From Octopus vulgaris (Eukaryota), in the NCBI GenBank assembly GCA_951406725.2, contig OX597832.1:4030001-4094000 (forward strand): DNA of 64,000 bases, given 5' to 3'. Shown here piece by piece: positions 1-11,452 of the stretch. Position 1 is the stretch's first letter. Each line of letters begins with the position of its first letter. Below the pieces are notes generated by a model. The model did no database searches. It saw nothing but the letters and a program-made list of their open reading frames with translations, and had not been told where the DNA came from. A program made the position numbers and the translations under genes.

Positions 1-185
1 GTTTAGAAAAGTACTTGCTGACACATGAGATGGGAGAGAGAAGCTAATAGAGACTTACACAGTAGAGAACAACTAGGCATCCCTATGAGACAACCTGCCT
101 TGAGTAACAGACCAGATCTATGTCCGTAACAGAGTTCCAAGATGGAAGGTAACATGATGGTGGAATAAAATTGCAAGTAGAGCCA

Positions 186-420
186 TCTATATATATAAAA
201 CTGAGAATGAGTGTCTGTTTGTCTGTCTGTATGTGTGCATCATTAAACCTCAAAAACTATGCAAGCAATTTCATTCAAATTTTACACATGCCTTACTTAG
301 GGTCCATACAATGTCATGGGCCAAAAAAAATTTCAACTTCTTGCCTAATGCAAGCCCAGAGCAAACTCTTATCTATCACACTCTTTCAGTATTACGTGTC
401 AAAAGTGAAACAATAACATC
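186..420 (+). mobile_element. Possible non-autonomous Helitron-like 5' end
   Basis: A|TCTATATATATAAAA start, (GTCT)n, then aaaactatgcaagcaatttcattcaaattt. This layout is typical of Lep1-like non-autonomous Helitrons. No 3' end found. Confidence 0.45.
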
Positions 421-469
421 TCTATTGTAATGTGATAATATTTTCAGTTTCATTTCTATTACTTTCACT

Positions 470-671
470 ATGATATATTTATGCATGTATATGTATGTAT
501 ATGTGTGCATGTATATGTATGTATACATATATATGTATATATATATAAGTATATATATATATATATATATTTATGTATATATATGTTTATATTTATGTAT
601 ATATATATATATGTATATCTATGTATATATATGTATGTATATATGTGTATATATATATGCATATGTATGTA

Positions 672-714
<43 letters not shown>

Positions 715-800
715 ATATATTATATATTTGCACATATATATTTATGCATATATATATATGTATGTATATATATATGTATATGTATATGTATATATATTTA
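470..800. repeat. Compound (TA)n/(TATG)n microsatellite
   Basis: Directly visible. Similar tracts at 6884-7050, 9343-9400, 32270-32448, 33228-33372, 33590-34380 and 35710-35840. Confidence 0.97.
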
Positions 801-801
801 T

Positions 802-1265
802 GTCAGGTCACTTTCGAGTGCTACTGGTAACATGTAACCCAGCACAACCTGTTGCATGGTCGGGTCGTCAGCGACTAAACTGACAACCCCACCAAGCTTG
901 CTTGGTGAGGAGGGTGTTAATTGGACACCCTGCGGGATGAAAAACAAAACCCGTCAAAGGGCGGAGGAACTCTTGAGAGTCAATGGCCATCCAATAAATG
1001 TCTTAAGGCTGTATCATGTGTGGGGACATAGAAATAATCAGACTGAATACCCAATCGCACGGTTAAACCATTGGGAGTGAAGGACTCCTAGCCTTTGTTA
1101 GGGCATCCTTCTAGGAGAAGGTAACTCAGGTAACTGGGATAACTCCGACATAAAACCTGCGGCTCAGTGGTTACCGATGATGTTGACTTGTTCTTCTTTT
1201 CGGATTATGGCTGCTGTTGCTTTGTGAGTGGGATTGACTCAGTGCACAGCCTATCATCGCTTTAA
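802..1265 (+). mobile_element. GC-richer interspersed repeat, probably an RTE 5'UTR-derived element
   Basis: Compositionally distinct and contains a gggcatccttctaggagaaggtaactc motif of the kind seen in RTE 5' regions. A decayed second copy begins at about 11480 (tactggtaa..tgta..caacct..tgcatggt). Confidence 0.45.
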
Positions 1266-1384
1266 AAAAAATCTTCTTACACAGGCATTGCACGATAACA
1301 ACATTGATTAAGCTTCGTGCAATGGCCATACTCAATAACGAGGGGGCAGCATATATATGCATATTCATATATATATATATACAT

Positions 1385-1782
1385 AGCTGCAGATGTCGCT
1401 GTGTGTTAAGAAGCTTCCTTCCCAACCACATGGTTCTGGGTTCAGTCCCACTGCGTGTCACCTACTATAGCCTTCGGCCGACCAAGGCCATGTCAGTTGA
1501 TTTGGTTGACAGAAGCTGAAAGAAGTCTGTTCTACATATATATATATATTTATGTGTTTGTATTTGTGTATGTGTTTTTTACTCCCCCCCCCCCCCCACA
1601 TCGCTTAGAAACTGATGTTGGTGTGTTTACATCCCCATAACTTAGCAATTCATTGGAAGATATCAATAGAATAAGCACTAGGCTTACAAAGAATATATCC
1701 AGGGGTCGATTTCTTCAACTAAAAGATGGTACTCCAGCATGGCCACACTCAAATGACTGAAACAAGTAACAGAGTAAAAGAG
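1385..1782 (+). mobile_element. Microsatellite-containing SINE (same family)
   Basis: Same head, internal (TA)n and ...gactgaaacaagtaa tail. Confidence 0.8.
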
Positions 1783-2122
1783 TAATATTTAATATATATA
1801 TATATTTATATATAAAATGTAACATAAACGCAATAGAGGACAATAAAACATTTGTTTTGAATTGGAGAAACCGGTGGATGGTATATGAAAAATATGGAAT
1901 AAAGTAATGAAAACTGATTTTTCCAAAAACTGAACGACACAAGCAAGATGTTAAATGACCAGAACATGTAGTAAACTCTTGTGCCAGAGAAAAACCCACC
2001 CAAACAGTAAAACAGGCATAAAATGATGGTAGTGATATAAGGTGGGATGTAAAATGTTTATATTTACTTTAGGGCTCTCTCACTCATTATGTTTATGTTA
2101 TGTCTCCATCTATCACTCCCCA

Positions 2123-2158
<36 letters not shown>

Positions 2159-2317
2159 TCTCTCTCTTCATTACCCTCTCATCTATTACTCTATTTCACT
2201 ACCATTATACTGCTTGAGTAACAATAGATGACTCAGTCCTTAAACAACCCTGATTATTATAACACATCTTTATCATTACCAATCACTTACTCTCTATTTC
2301 TCTCTCTCTCTCTCTGT

Positions 2318-2370
<53 letters not shown>

Positions 2371-3099
2371 CCATTACTCCCTTTTCCATTACCCTGTTTC
2401 CCTCCAATCACTCTTTTGTCACTACATTTAATATGCTGTTTTTCTTTTCAATCTCACTATCAACAACCTATACATCACTGCCTGTTACTGTCTCTCTCTT
2501 CTCTGTCTTTCTGTAACTCCTATCATCTTATTTCTTCTAGCTTATTCTCTCTTCTGTCATCTTCTTGATCTGGTTCTCTGTCTTCTATTGATCTCCCTTC
2601 TATTCACCCTCTCAGTCATGGTGCTTTGAACAACCAGAATCTGTACTGAGAAGACTATTAGACTTGTTGGGTAGAAAACAAGCTTCTTGCACAAGTGCCA
2701 CAATAAAAGGTATCCAGTACAGTCAGTATCATGATTGGCAAAAGAACAGAGATAACATAGAGTAGAGAGAACTCTTTAGTCATACCAGGGAAAGATAACA
2801 TCTCCAGTGCTGGTGCCACAATAAAATGCACACTGTACATTCTACAAAATAGTTGGCATTAAAAAGAGAATCCACCCAGTGAAAGCATGCCCAAAATTAG
2901 AATGTACAAGGAAAATGTAGTCCCTGACTCACCTAGAAAAGAAGAAGAGCCATGACAACCTGTCCAACTCATGCCAGCATTAAAAACAGACAGATGACAA
3001 TAACGACAACAATAATGACAATGAACACTTTTATATACAATAAACGGCATATGTTAAAGCATATTATGTCTATTAATGAGACCAAAAATCTTAAACTTT

Positions 3100-3528
3100 T
3101 GTTTCAAATTTTGAGACAGGCCAGCATTTGTAGGAGAGGGAAAGTTGATTACATCAATCCTAGTGTTCAACTCGTACCCAAAAGGATGAAAAGCAAAGTC
3201 AACCCCAGTGGTATTTAAACCCAGAACATAAATTCAGATGAAATGCCGCTAAGCATTTTGCCCAGCATTCTAACAATTCTGCCAGCATGCCACCTTAATG
3301 CACTAAAATAATAGTTTCAAATCTTGGCACAAGGCCAGCAAGTTCGGGAGAAGGAGTAAGACGATTTTGTTAACTCCAGTCTATAACTGGTACTTATTTT
3401 ATTGACCCCAAAAGAATGAAAGGCAAAGTCAACTTTGGTGGAATTTGAACTCAGAATGAGAAGACAGCTAAAACACTGCTAAGCATTTTGCCTGGCATGC
3501 TAACGATTCTGCCAGCTTGCTGTCTTAA
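3100..3528 (-). mobile_element. Two tandem Meta-domain-like SINEs
   Basis: Reverse complement of ggcag.gagctggcagaatcgttagca...gagttcaaat...gactttgcctttcatcctt..ggggtc.ataaaataagtacc...gtgccaaaatttgaaac. Confidence 0.8.
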
Positions 3529-3875
3529 TGCTGTGGAATATTAAAAAAACTGTAATAGTAACATACCATTCTATTCTATGTTAAAACTGTTTCATCAATA
3601 TCTACTGGTATGGTTTCTGTAGTCAAGGCTTTTTTTATAACTCCAAGATATTACTGAGACTGTTTTGTGGCAAATTTAGACTCGTTTGTGTTAAACAAAT
3701 ACTTATTCAATGATATATTTGATTGGTAAGTTAGTACTAACATATTTAATGTATGAAGATAACTAGAAGCAAATATACAGTGACTAAAATTATATTAGTC
3801 AGTGATAAATATTATTTTCGTTTTTCCAGCAAACATAATAAACATATCCAGACGTTTTTTTGCCATCCAATTCTA

Positions 3876-4213
3876 TATTTTTGAGATGAGGAATTTATAT
3901 TATGTACACTGTTTACATTAGCTGGTGTGATGTCCTCATCTTGATAGTTGCTTTCTCTAAGTTTCAGCCACTGTATACTCCAGCCTTCTTCAGGCGTCTT
4001 GCAGATAAAGCCATTGGTTAATGCAGTGCACCCACCTAGAGTTTCTGAGTCCAATTCCAGGCAAGGAACTGAGGTAAACCACAAGACACCTGAAGAAAGG
4101 CAGGAGCATACAACAACCGAAACGAAGTGAAAGCAACAATCAAGGTGAGGACACTTCTCTAACTGATGAGAACAGTGTACATAATGTTTTATGTCTTCCT
4201 CTAACTTCAAATA
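3876..4213. mobile_element. Inverted pair of Penelope-like pseudo-LTR ends with degenerate hammerhead cores
   Basis: Arms of about 125 bp (3876-4001 and 4082-4213) are diverged reverse complements. Each carries CTGAAGA-agg...-GAAAC (3993-3961 on -, 4090-4123 on +). Confidence 0.6.
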
Positions 4214-6882
4214 AAGCATAACATTTATTGTACTTGTAGAAGTAAATATTTAAAAGTGTACATTTGATGATATAAGTAAAATAGAATTATCTCAAGATTA
4301 AATATTTCAGACACCACATGAAGTAAAATTTAATGTTGATGTATTTAATGAATGAAGTATAAAATATAAGTTATTGACTAATATATATTTATTACTATAG
4401 AATATTTTGAGGTTAATTGAAAGTGTTGAGCTGGCCAAATCATTAGCACTCCAGGCAAATTGCTTAGCAGCATTTCATCTGTTTCTATGCCTTTCATCCT
4501 TTAGGGGTCAATAAAATAAGTAGTTGAGCACAAGGTTGATGTTATCAACTTGGACCTCTCCCCCAAAACTGCTGGCCGTGTGCCAAAATTTGAAACCAAT
4601 ATTAATACATTATTATTTATAGTTTTATTTATTTTGAGTTCAACTATTAAAAATGAATTAATTCATTCATTTATTTTAATGGGAATAAGGTTGCCTGAAA
4701 TATTTTCAGGCAAGTGCTCTTTTCACAATTCATGTTTTATGGATTCTTGGGTATGTAATATGAAGTGTAAAAATATTGTAGAACACTACAACTGCAAATT
4801 CTAAACCTACAATTATGGAAGAAATTCTTAAAACCATTGTTATATTGTTTCACTACAATAGGAAATTCAATAATCTTAATTGATAAAGCTTCATATTCTA
4901 AATACTTCACAGCTAATTTGTCTCTCTTCTAGTTATTGACATCCAGTTCTTAACCACATTTAAACAATTTTAGTGTTGCTAGAGATCTTCCATAAATTTC
5001 ATGTCTAATTTAATAGCCCCCACCTATTGCTATTTAGTTAGACCAGCAGTTAATCTTAACTCATTATCATCTTCATTATCATCAGTATCATCATTGTTAA
5101 CATCCACATCATCATTATTATCCTATTTATCATAATTATCTTCTGCTGTCAATAGAATATAATGAACTAAATGCTTATTGTTATAATGCAAGCTATATCA
5201 CATGTATGCTTTTATAATTTACTTAAGACTGTATGCTTTTACTGAATACAGTTAGATAAAGAAGGATTCAAAATGCAGAACAATTCACTGGATGATAATA
5301 TCTTCAGAAAACTTGTTTGTAACATCCTTGGCTATTTGCCATTGTTAAAAGATGTTATTAAGAAGACGGTCACAAGCTACTCCTGACAGCCAGTTAGCTA
5401 GAAGGAAAAGAAAATAATACTGAGTAGACCATTTCCTTGAAATTTATACATCTATCATTTTCTCTGTTTTTCTCTTGCCTGCATCTCAGTGCGAAGGAGA
5501 AGAGAATAGATTATGCAGAAAACTGCCAGGAAAATATATTGTTTTATATCTTGTCTATTTTCAGATTCATTCTTTTGATAGTTCATGAAAAAAACATTAC
5601 CAGCTCTGTTTTACATATTTACATTTTTTAGTAAAGCAACATGCCGTAATATAGGAAGTACTCTTATGAATAAGAATAACAAGTATTTAGTTTATTTAAA
5701 TATGTAAGCATATGTTCACTGTTTAATCCTAAATGAATTTGATATAATCCTTCTACTTTAATAATCCTCAAATCATTTTTTAAAAGCATCTCTAATATAA
5801 AGAGATAATATTGTCATTAGACTGACTGGGGCCAAGTGTGGAAGATATTATGTGTGATTTAGTTTGGTGAGGGTAACTTTCTTTTAAGCCATGACCTTTG
5901 CGTTTTGGTTTTCTGGAATACATAAACTGCTATTGCCATCTTGGATTAGTGCCAGCAATACAGAATTTGGAAATTCTTGAAAATGATACTGCCTTTCAAG
6001 AGTAAAACTGTAGACTATCTTAGCCGTAATATTTCATGCACTGATTTTTATGTTAATGTTGACAAATATTAATTGCTATTGTGAGATTTACTTTGGGATG
6101 CAGTGAAGCTATTATTGGGTGTTGCTGTTGAATCAGTTCATTGTTTACTATTTTTATTGAGTTATTCATTCTATCTTCAGTAGAAGATATGGACAATAGC
6201 TAGGTTTCTGTCTCTCTCTAGCTTTGTTTTAGTTTATTTCTTTTCTTTCTTATAATTTTGTTTTATTTTTGCATATATTTTAGTTTGGTTTTGACTAATT
6301 ATTTTATTTCTGTTGTGTGTGAATGACGTGCACTTTTCTAGTTCATTAGTTTAGCTGTATGTGGATGGGGTGCGGCTGATGTTGCATGATGTCTTTTGAA
6401 ATGTGTCATTTATTTTATTTTCATATGCATCTGCATTTAATTTATTCAATGTGTGTGCTGTTTAAGTGATTTGACATCTGTGAATATGGCTTCAGATTCT
6501 TTGTGAAAATGACTCCATCAAATGTTTAATAGTTTATGTGAACATTTTCCCTTTGATTTCCAATTGATCTGTGAGAATGATAAAGATGTAGGCGATGAAA
6601 AAATAATTGGGAAGCTATTTCATAAGAAATTTCCTTAGCTATGTTAAGATAAACATAAATACCTGGAGAGAAGTTATTGTAATCTGCCTGGTAAGATGTG
6701 TTGGATATTGATTAAGTTTATTTAGTGAATGGTAAGTGGGAATGGCATCTTCATATGTTGCTAATATTAAATATGCAAGGAATTTCAATGAAATTTCTTT
6801 CTCATGAAATGAAGAAGTCTGAATAGAAGATTTAAGCTGATATCATCAAGGTCTAAAGAGTTTTTTGATAAAGCTTTTGGCA

Positions 6883-6945
<63 letters not shown>

Positions 6946-6976
6946 TATACGTATATATATGTATGTATGTGTGTAT

Positions 6977-7035
<59 letters not shown>

Positions 7036-7518
7036 TGTATGTATGCATGTGAGTTGTCTAAGAGAATAGAGATCAGTCACCATATTCCCTTACATATCAG
7101 CTAACTCTGATGATCATAAAGTTATATAATCAGTTAATTACCAAACATTCCATTGTATTCTTTATGTGAAACTGATTGGTAAGACCAGCCATGATGAATA
7201 TTTGATACTTTACATTTCAGATAATATATATATATATGTTTGAACAGTAAAAATTACAGGGTGACTCAAGGGTTGAGAGTTTTATGTATTAGTACATTTA
7301 ATAAGTACCACTACACGAAACTTTCAGATCCTGAGTCCCTCTGTACAATCTACTGATTAAGTAATATGTGTGCGTGTATAGAAAAATAATGTAGACAGCA
7401 GCTTGCAATGTTTCACCAAAAAGGAAAACTATAATCGTCACTAAATGTGACTACGGTGTTAGAAACACCTACATTAGCTCTTATTTCTAGCAACGTTGGT
7501 GTTTCTAACATCCTAGTC

Positions 7519-8930
7519 ATCATCATCGTCATTTAATGTCCATTGTCCTTGCTGGCATGGGCTGGATGGTTTGACTGGCTGGCATGCTGGAAGGTTGCGC
7601 CAGGCTCCAGTCTGATTTGACATGGTTTTTTATGGCTGGATACCCTACCTAACACCAACCGCTCTGAGAGTGTAATGGGTATTTTTACACACCACCATCA
7701 TGGGTGTCATTTGCATGACACTGGTATCTGCCACAACAGCAATTTTGCTCAGCTTGATGGGCCTTCTTCTCAAGTACGACAAAATGCCAAAGGGTTTGGT
7801 CATTGCCTCTGTGAGGTCCAACACCTAAAAGGAACTTGGCCATTTGGCCACCATGAGGACCAGTGCTCAAAAGGAACTCAGCCACCTTGCCTTCATGAGG
7901 CCTAACACATGAAAGGAACTCAACCACTTTGCCTCCATCAGGCCCCAATGCTCAAAAGAAACTCAGCCACTATGCCTCCATGAAGCCCAGCACTCGAAAG
8001 GAACTCAGCCATTTTGCCTCCATGAAGCCCAACGTTCAAAGGTTGATCTTTTATGTGTCACAAGCACATGTGCATTTGACTTGATGGGTCCTCTTAAGCA
8101 GTGTACATCACCAAAGATCTCAGTCACTAGTCATTGCCTCTGTGAAGTTCAAAGTTCAAAGGTCATGTTTCACCACTTCATCCCATGTCTTCCTGGGTCT
8201 ACCTCTACCACAGGTTCCCTCCACAGTTAGAGACTGGTACTTCTTTACACTGTTGTCCTCGTCCATATGTATCACATGACCATACCAGCGCAGTTGTCTC
8301 TCTTGCACACCACATCTGATTCCTCTTATGCCTAATTTTTCTCTCAAGATGCTTACACTCTGTCAAATATGCACACTGACATTGCACATCCAGCGAAACA
8401 TACTGGCTTCATTTCTCTCAAGTCTATCCATGTCCTGTTATAACTCATGTTTCACTGCCATGCAGCATCAAACAATCTGCCACACAGGCATCAAACAATC
8501 TGCCCTTCACTCTGAGAGAGGGACACTTTGTTGCTAGCAGGGGTAGGAGCTCTCTAACTTTGCCCAACATAATCTTATTCTTACAGCTATGCTCTTGGAA
8601 CATCCACCTCCACTACTAATCTGGTCACCTAGATACTGGAAGATATTTACTACTTCTAGCTTGCCCCACTGGTAGTTCATAGAGTCTATTTTCCATACAT
8701 TCAGCATTTATTATGCCTGTGCACCTTCCACATACAAAAGTCTCTGTTAACCTTCCTTTGATGTTGCTGCACCTTTTGTGTGTCCAAAGCTTACACTGCA
8801 TATTTATGGTGTTGGTACCTACACCTTTTCTACTGATTGAGCAGGGCCATCTCCCCAAGGGGATTTGTGATCTGTCTGCCTTCCTACTTACTATGACTTT
8901 GGTTTTTGCTAGGTTAACTCTAAGGCCCTT
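7519..8930 (-). mobile_element. 5'-truncated RTE LINE (same family as 48692-50653)
   Basis: LRWYGHV...VEGTCGRGRPRKTW RT C-terminus, shared 3'UTR and (CAT)n tail. Confidence 0.88.
7806..8040. repeat. About 42-bp tandem repeat (about 6 units) inside the RTE 3'UTR
   Basis: Repeated gcctccatgaggcccaacactcaaaaggaactcagccacttt-like units. Confidence 0.8.
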
Positions 8931-9338
8931 GTTAGCAAAAAATGCTAGGAAGACAGGCTGGTTCCTCTCAAATTCTTTGTGAACTCTTAAATAAATCTCC
9001 TTCTGTGTATATATATACTACCAAACAAACATGATTTTTATTGAACTCCTAATACTTTTTCTGTGTATGTATATAGATACTACCAAATAAACATGATTTT
9101 TATTGATCTCCTAATACTTTTTGTTGAATATTTTCTAAAAGACTTTCTTGTAAACTGTTTTTAACATTTTCTTATTAATATCAAAGAATGTATATATGTA
9201 TTTTAATACTTTTGTGACAACCAGTACTTGACACAACAAAGCTTATACAAAGCTTTACATTTTACTTTTGACAATCTTTTTCTAAAAAAGTGAAACTGGT
9301 CCGAATAAACATCTTTAAAATTGCATTTTCAAACCTTC

Positions 9339-9403
<65 letters not shown>

Positions 9404-9849
9404 GGTGGTGCCCCAGCATGACCACAGTCAGAGCAAAAGATTATGTGAATATTTTACAAGAATGTAGTGAATTCAGTAATGTTCATTAATTTCAATCAAC
9501 ATCTGTCTACCTATCTCATACTATGCATAGACAACTCCCCTCAAGGATCTTCTCAGACATTTTGAAATTAGTACCATGTTATTTCAAATGCTAACTGTAA
9601 ATGGAAAATTCTGTTAGGTTCTTCATTTATATATATCTGAAAGATGAGTATGATTGAAGTATCAATGTTTACATTTACCTTTCATCATACCTTCACATCA
9701 GTGTTTGGTTTTTGAGAAGAGGATTTTTCCATCGTATATGATTTCTTACACTTTTGATCCATAGAGTATATTGGCCAGGATACTGGAGTAGGTGGCCAGG
9801 TCTTTTACCAATGGAGAAGTTCTTAAGCAGATCAGGCTGAAAATGTCGC

Positions 9850-10115
9850 TAGAAGCTAGGATCACCAAGCATAGATTGACATATTTTGGTCATATTATGC
9901 GGAGAAAATCCCTGGAGAAGGACATCATGCTCGGAATGGTCAGTGGCAAGAGAGGAAGAGACTGACCAAGAACCCGCTGGCTTGACACCATCAAGAGTGA
10001 TACTGGAATGGACATAGCCAATCTGAAAGAAGCGGCCCAGGATAGAACTGACTGGAGGGCACTGATCCATCGAGTAACCGAGAGTCGACATCGACTGAGC
10101 GGATAGATAAATAGA
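9850..10115 (+). mobile_element. BovB-like RTE 3' end
   Basis: YFGHIMRRKSLEKDIMLGMVSGKRGRD*PRTRWLDTIK...AAQDRTDWRALIHRVTESRHRLSG* resembles the BovB ORF C-terminus. Confidence 0.75.
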
Positions 10116-10402
10116 TGATTTCTTAAGTATAACATGATAATTAAGAGGCATGTAATGATATTTCTGAATGTACATTTAGCCTCAGTTAATATTGGTTTAT
10201 TTGTTAAATTCTTTGTATAAACACTGAAACTGTCATTCAGTTTAAGATTGTTTCTGTTGCATTGTTCCATATGCCTCTGAGAAATGCTTATCAATAAAGG
10301 CTAGGATATTCTTAGCAAAATTAAATTTAACATTTAAAGAAAATGGTTGTGTGAACTTAGTAATGTTACAGAATATCTTCTCAGTGTGGATTGATATATG
10401 TA

Positions 10403-11284
10403 TTGGGTCATTCCAGAAATAATGCGTTTTCTTTTCAATTGTATGAACTAAAATTTGGAGGGGAAACGGGATAAAATACCTGCACCAATTTGTTATAAAG
10501 GCAGGTAGTAATTTTATCTTGTACTTATTTTTAATGCAAATTTTGAAGAGTGCAGTTTGATTTTAACAGTTATTTTTTCAAAGCTATAATGAAAGTGACA
10601 AAGGAGCATATTTGGCATATTTTGCTTTATTAGTTCAATAAAGGCAACAATGCAACAGAAAGTGTGTGAAATATTAATGCAGTATATGGGGATTGGACAA
10701 TAAGCATAAGCCAGTGTCAACGGTGGCTCCAGAAATTCCAAGCCAGAAACTACAGCCTTGAAGATGAGCTTCATCTTGGAAGATCTGTAGATCTCGACAA
10801 GAACATCCTGCAAACTCTGGTGGAACAAAATCCCATCGTAACTGTTGAGGAACTAGGAGAGAAGCTTGAATTTGGTCATTCAACCATTCATCAACACCTG
10901 CGCTAGAAGAAAAACAACCATCTTTGGTTTCAAGATGAAAGGTGTTCTTCCATCAGAATGATGCTCAGTCACCTACAGCAAGAATGACATTCCAAAGGCT
11001 GGAGCAGTTTGAATGGGAACCGATACCCCACCCAGCCTGTTCACCGGACATTGCCCCATTCGATTATCATTTATTCTGCAGTTTTCAAAATGATTTGGAT
11101 GGAAAAAATATGAATTCTGTAGACAAGGTCAGAACAGTGCTGGAGAAGTGTTTTTCATCGTGGACAAATGAATTTTGGAACTGGGGCCCTGCAAGTCTAC
11201 CAAATAGATAGAACTTTGTTTATCTTAATTTTGAAAAATAATATAAATATTAAAAAAAAACACATTATTTATGGGATGACCCAA
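10403..11284 (+). mobile_element. Internally deleted mariner transposon
   Basis: TIRs ttgggtcattccagaaataatgcgtttt / aaaacacattatttatgggatgacccaa with TA flanks. Decayed transposase FHQNDAQSPTA and PHPACSPDIAPFDYHLF (HDNARPH and YSPDLAPSDYHLF). Confidence 0.92.
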
Positions 11285-11452
11285 TATGTATGTATGTATA
11301 TATGGATAGATGGATGGATGGACGGATGGACGGATGGACGAACGTACGTACGTACATATGGATGGATGGATGTATGGATGGATGGATGGATGGATGGATG
11401 GATGGATGGATGGATGGATGGATGGATGGATGGATGGATGGTTGGATGGATA
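11285..11452. repeat. (GGAT)n microsatellite
   Basis: Directly visible. Confidence 0.97.

Noticed and set aside
468-883. Many ORFs of YI, CV, HT, DGWM or SIYL repeats here and elsewhere in the track
   Set aside because: They are translations of microsatellites with no splice or homology support.
7806-8040. CRISPR-like array (also the units at about 48870-49120)
   Set aside because: Eukaryotic DNA, degenerate tandem units without unique spacers, inside an RTE 3'UTR, and no cas genes.
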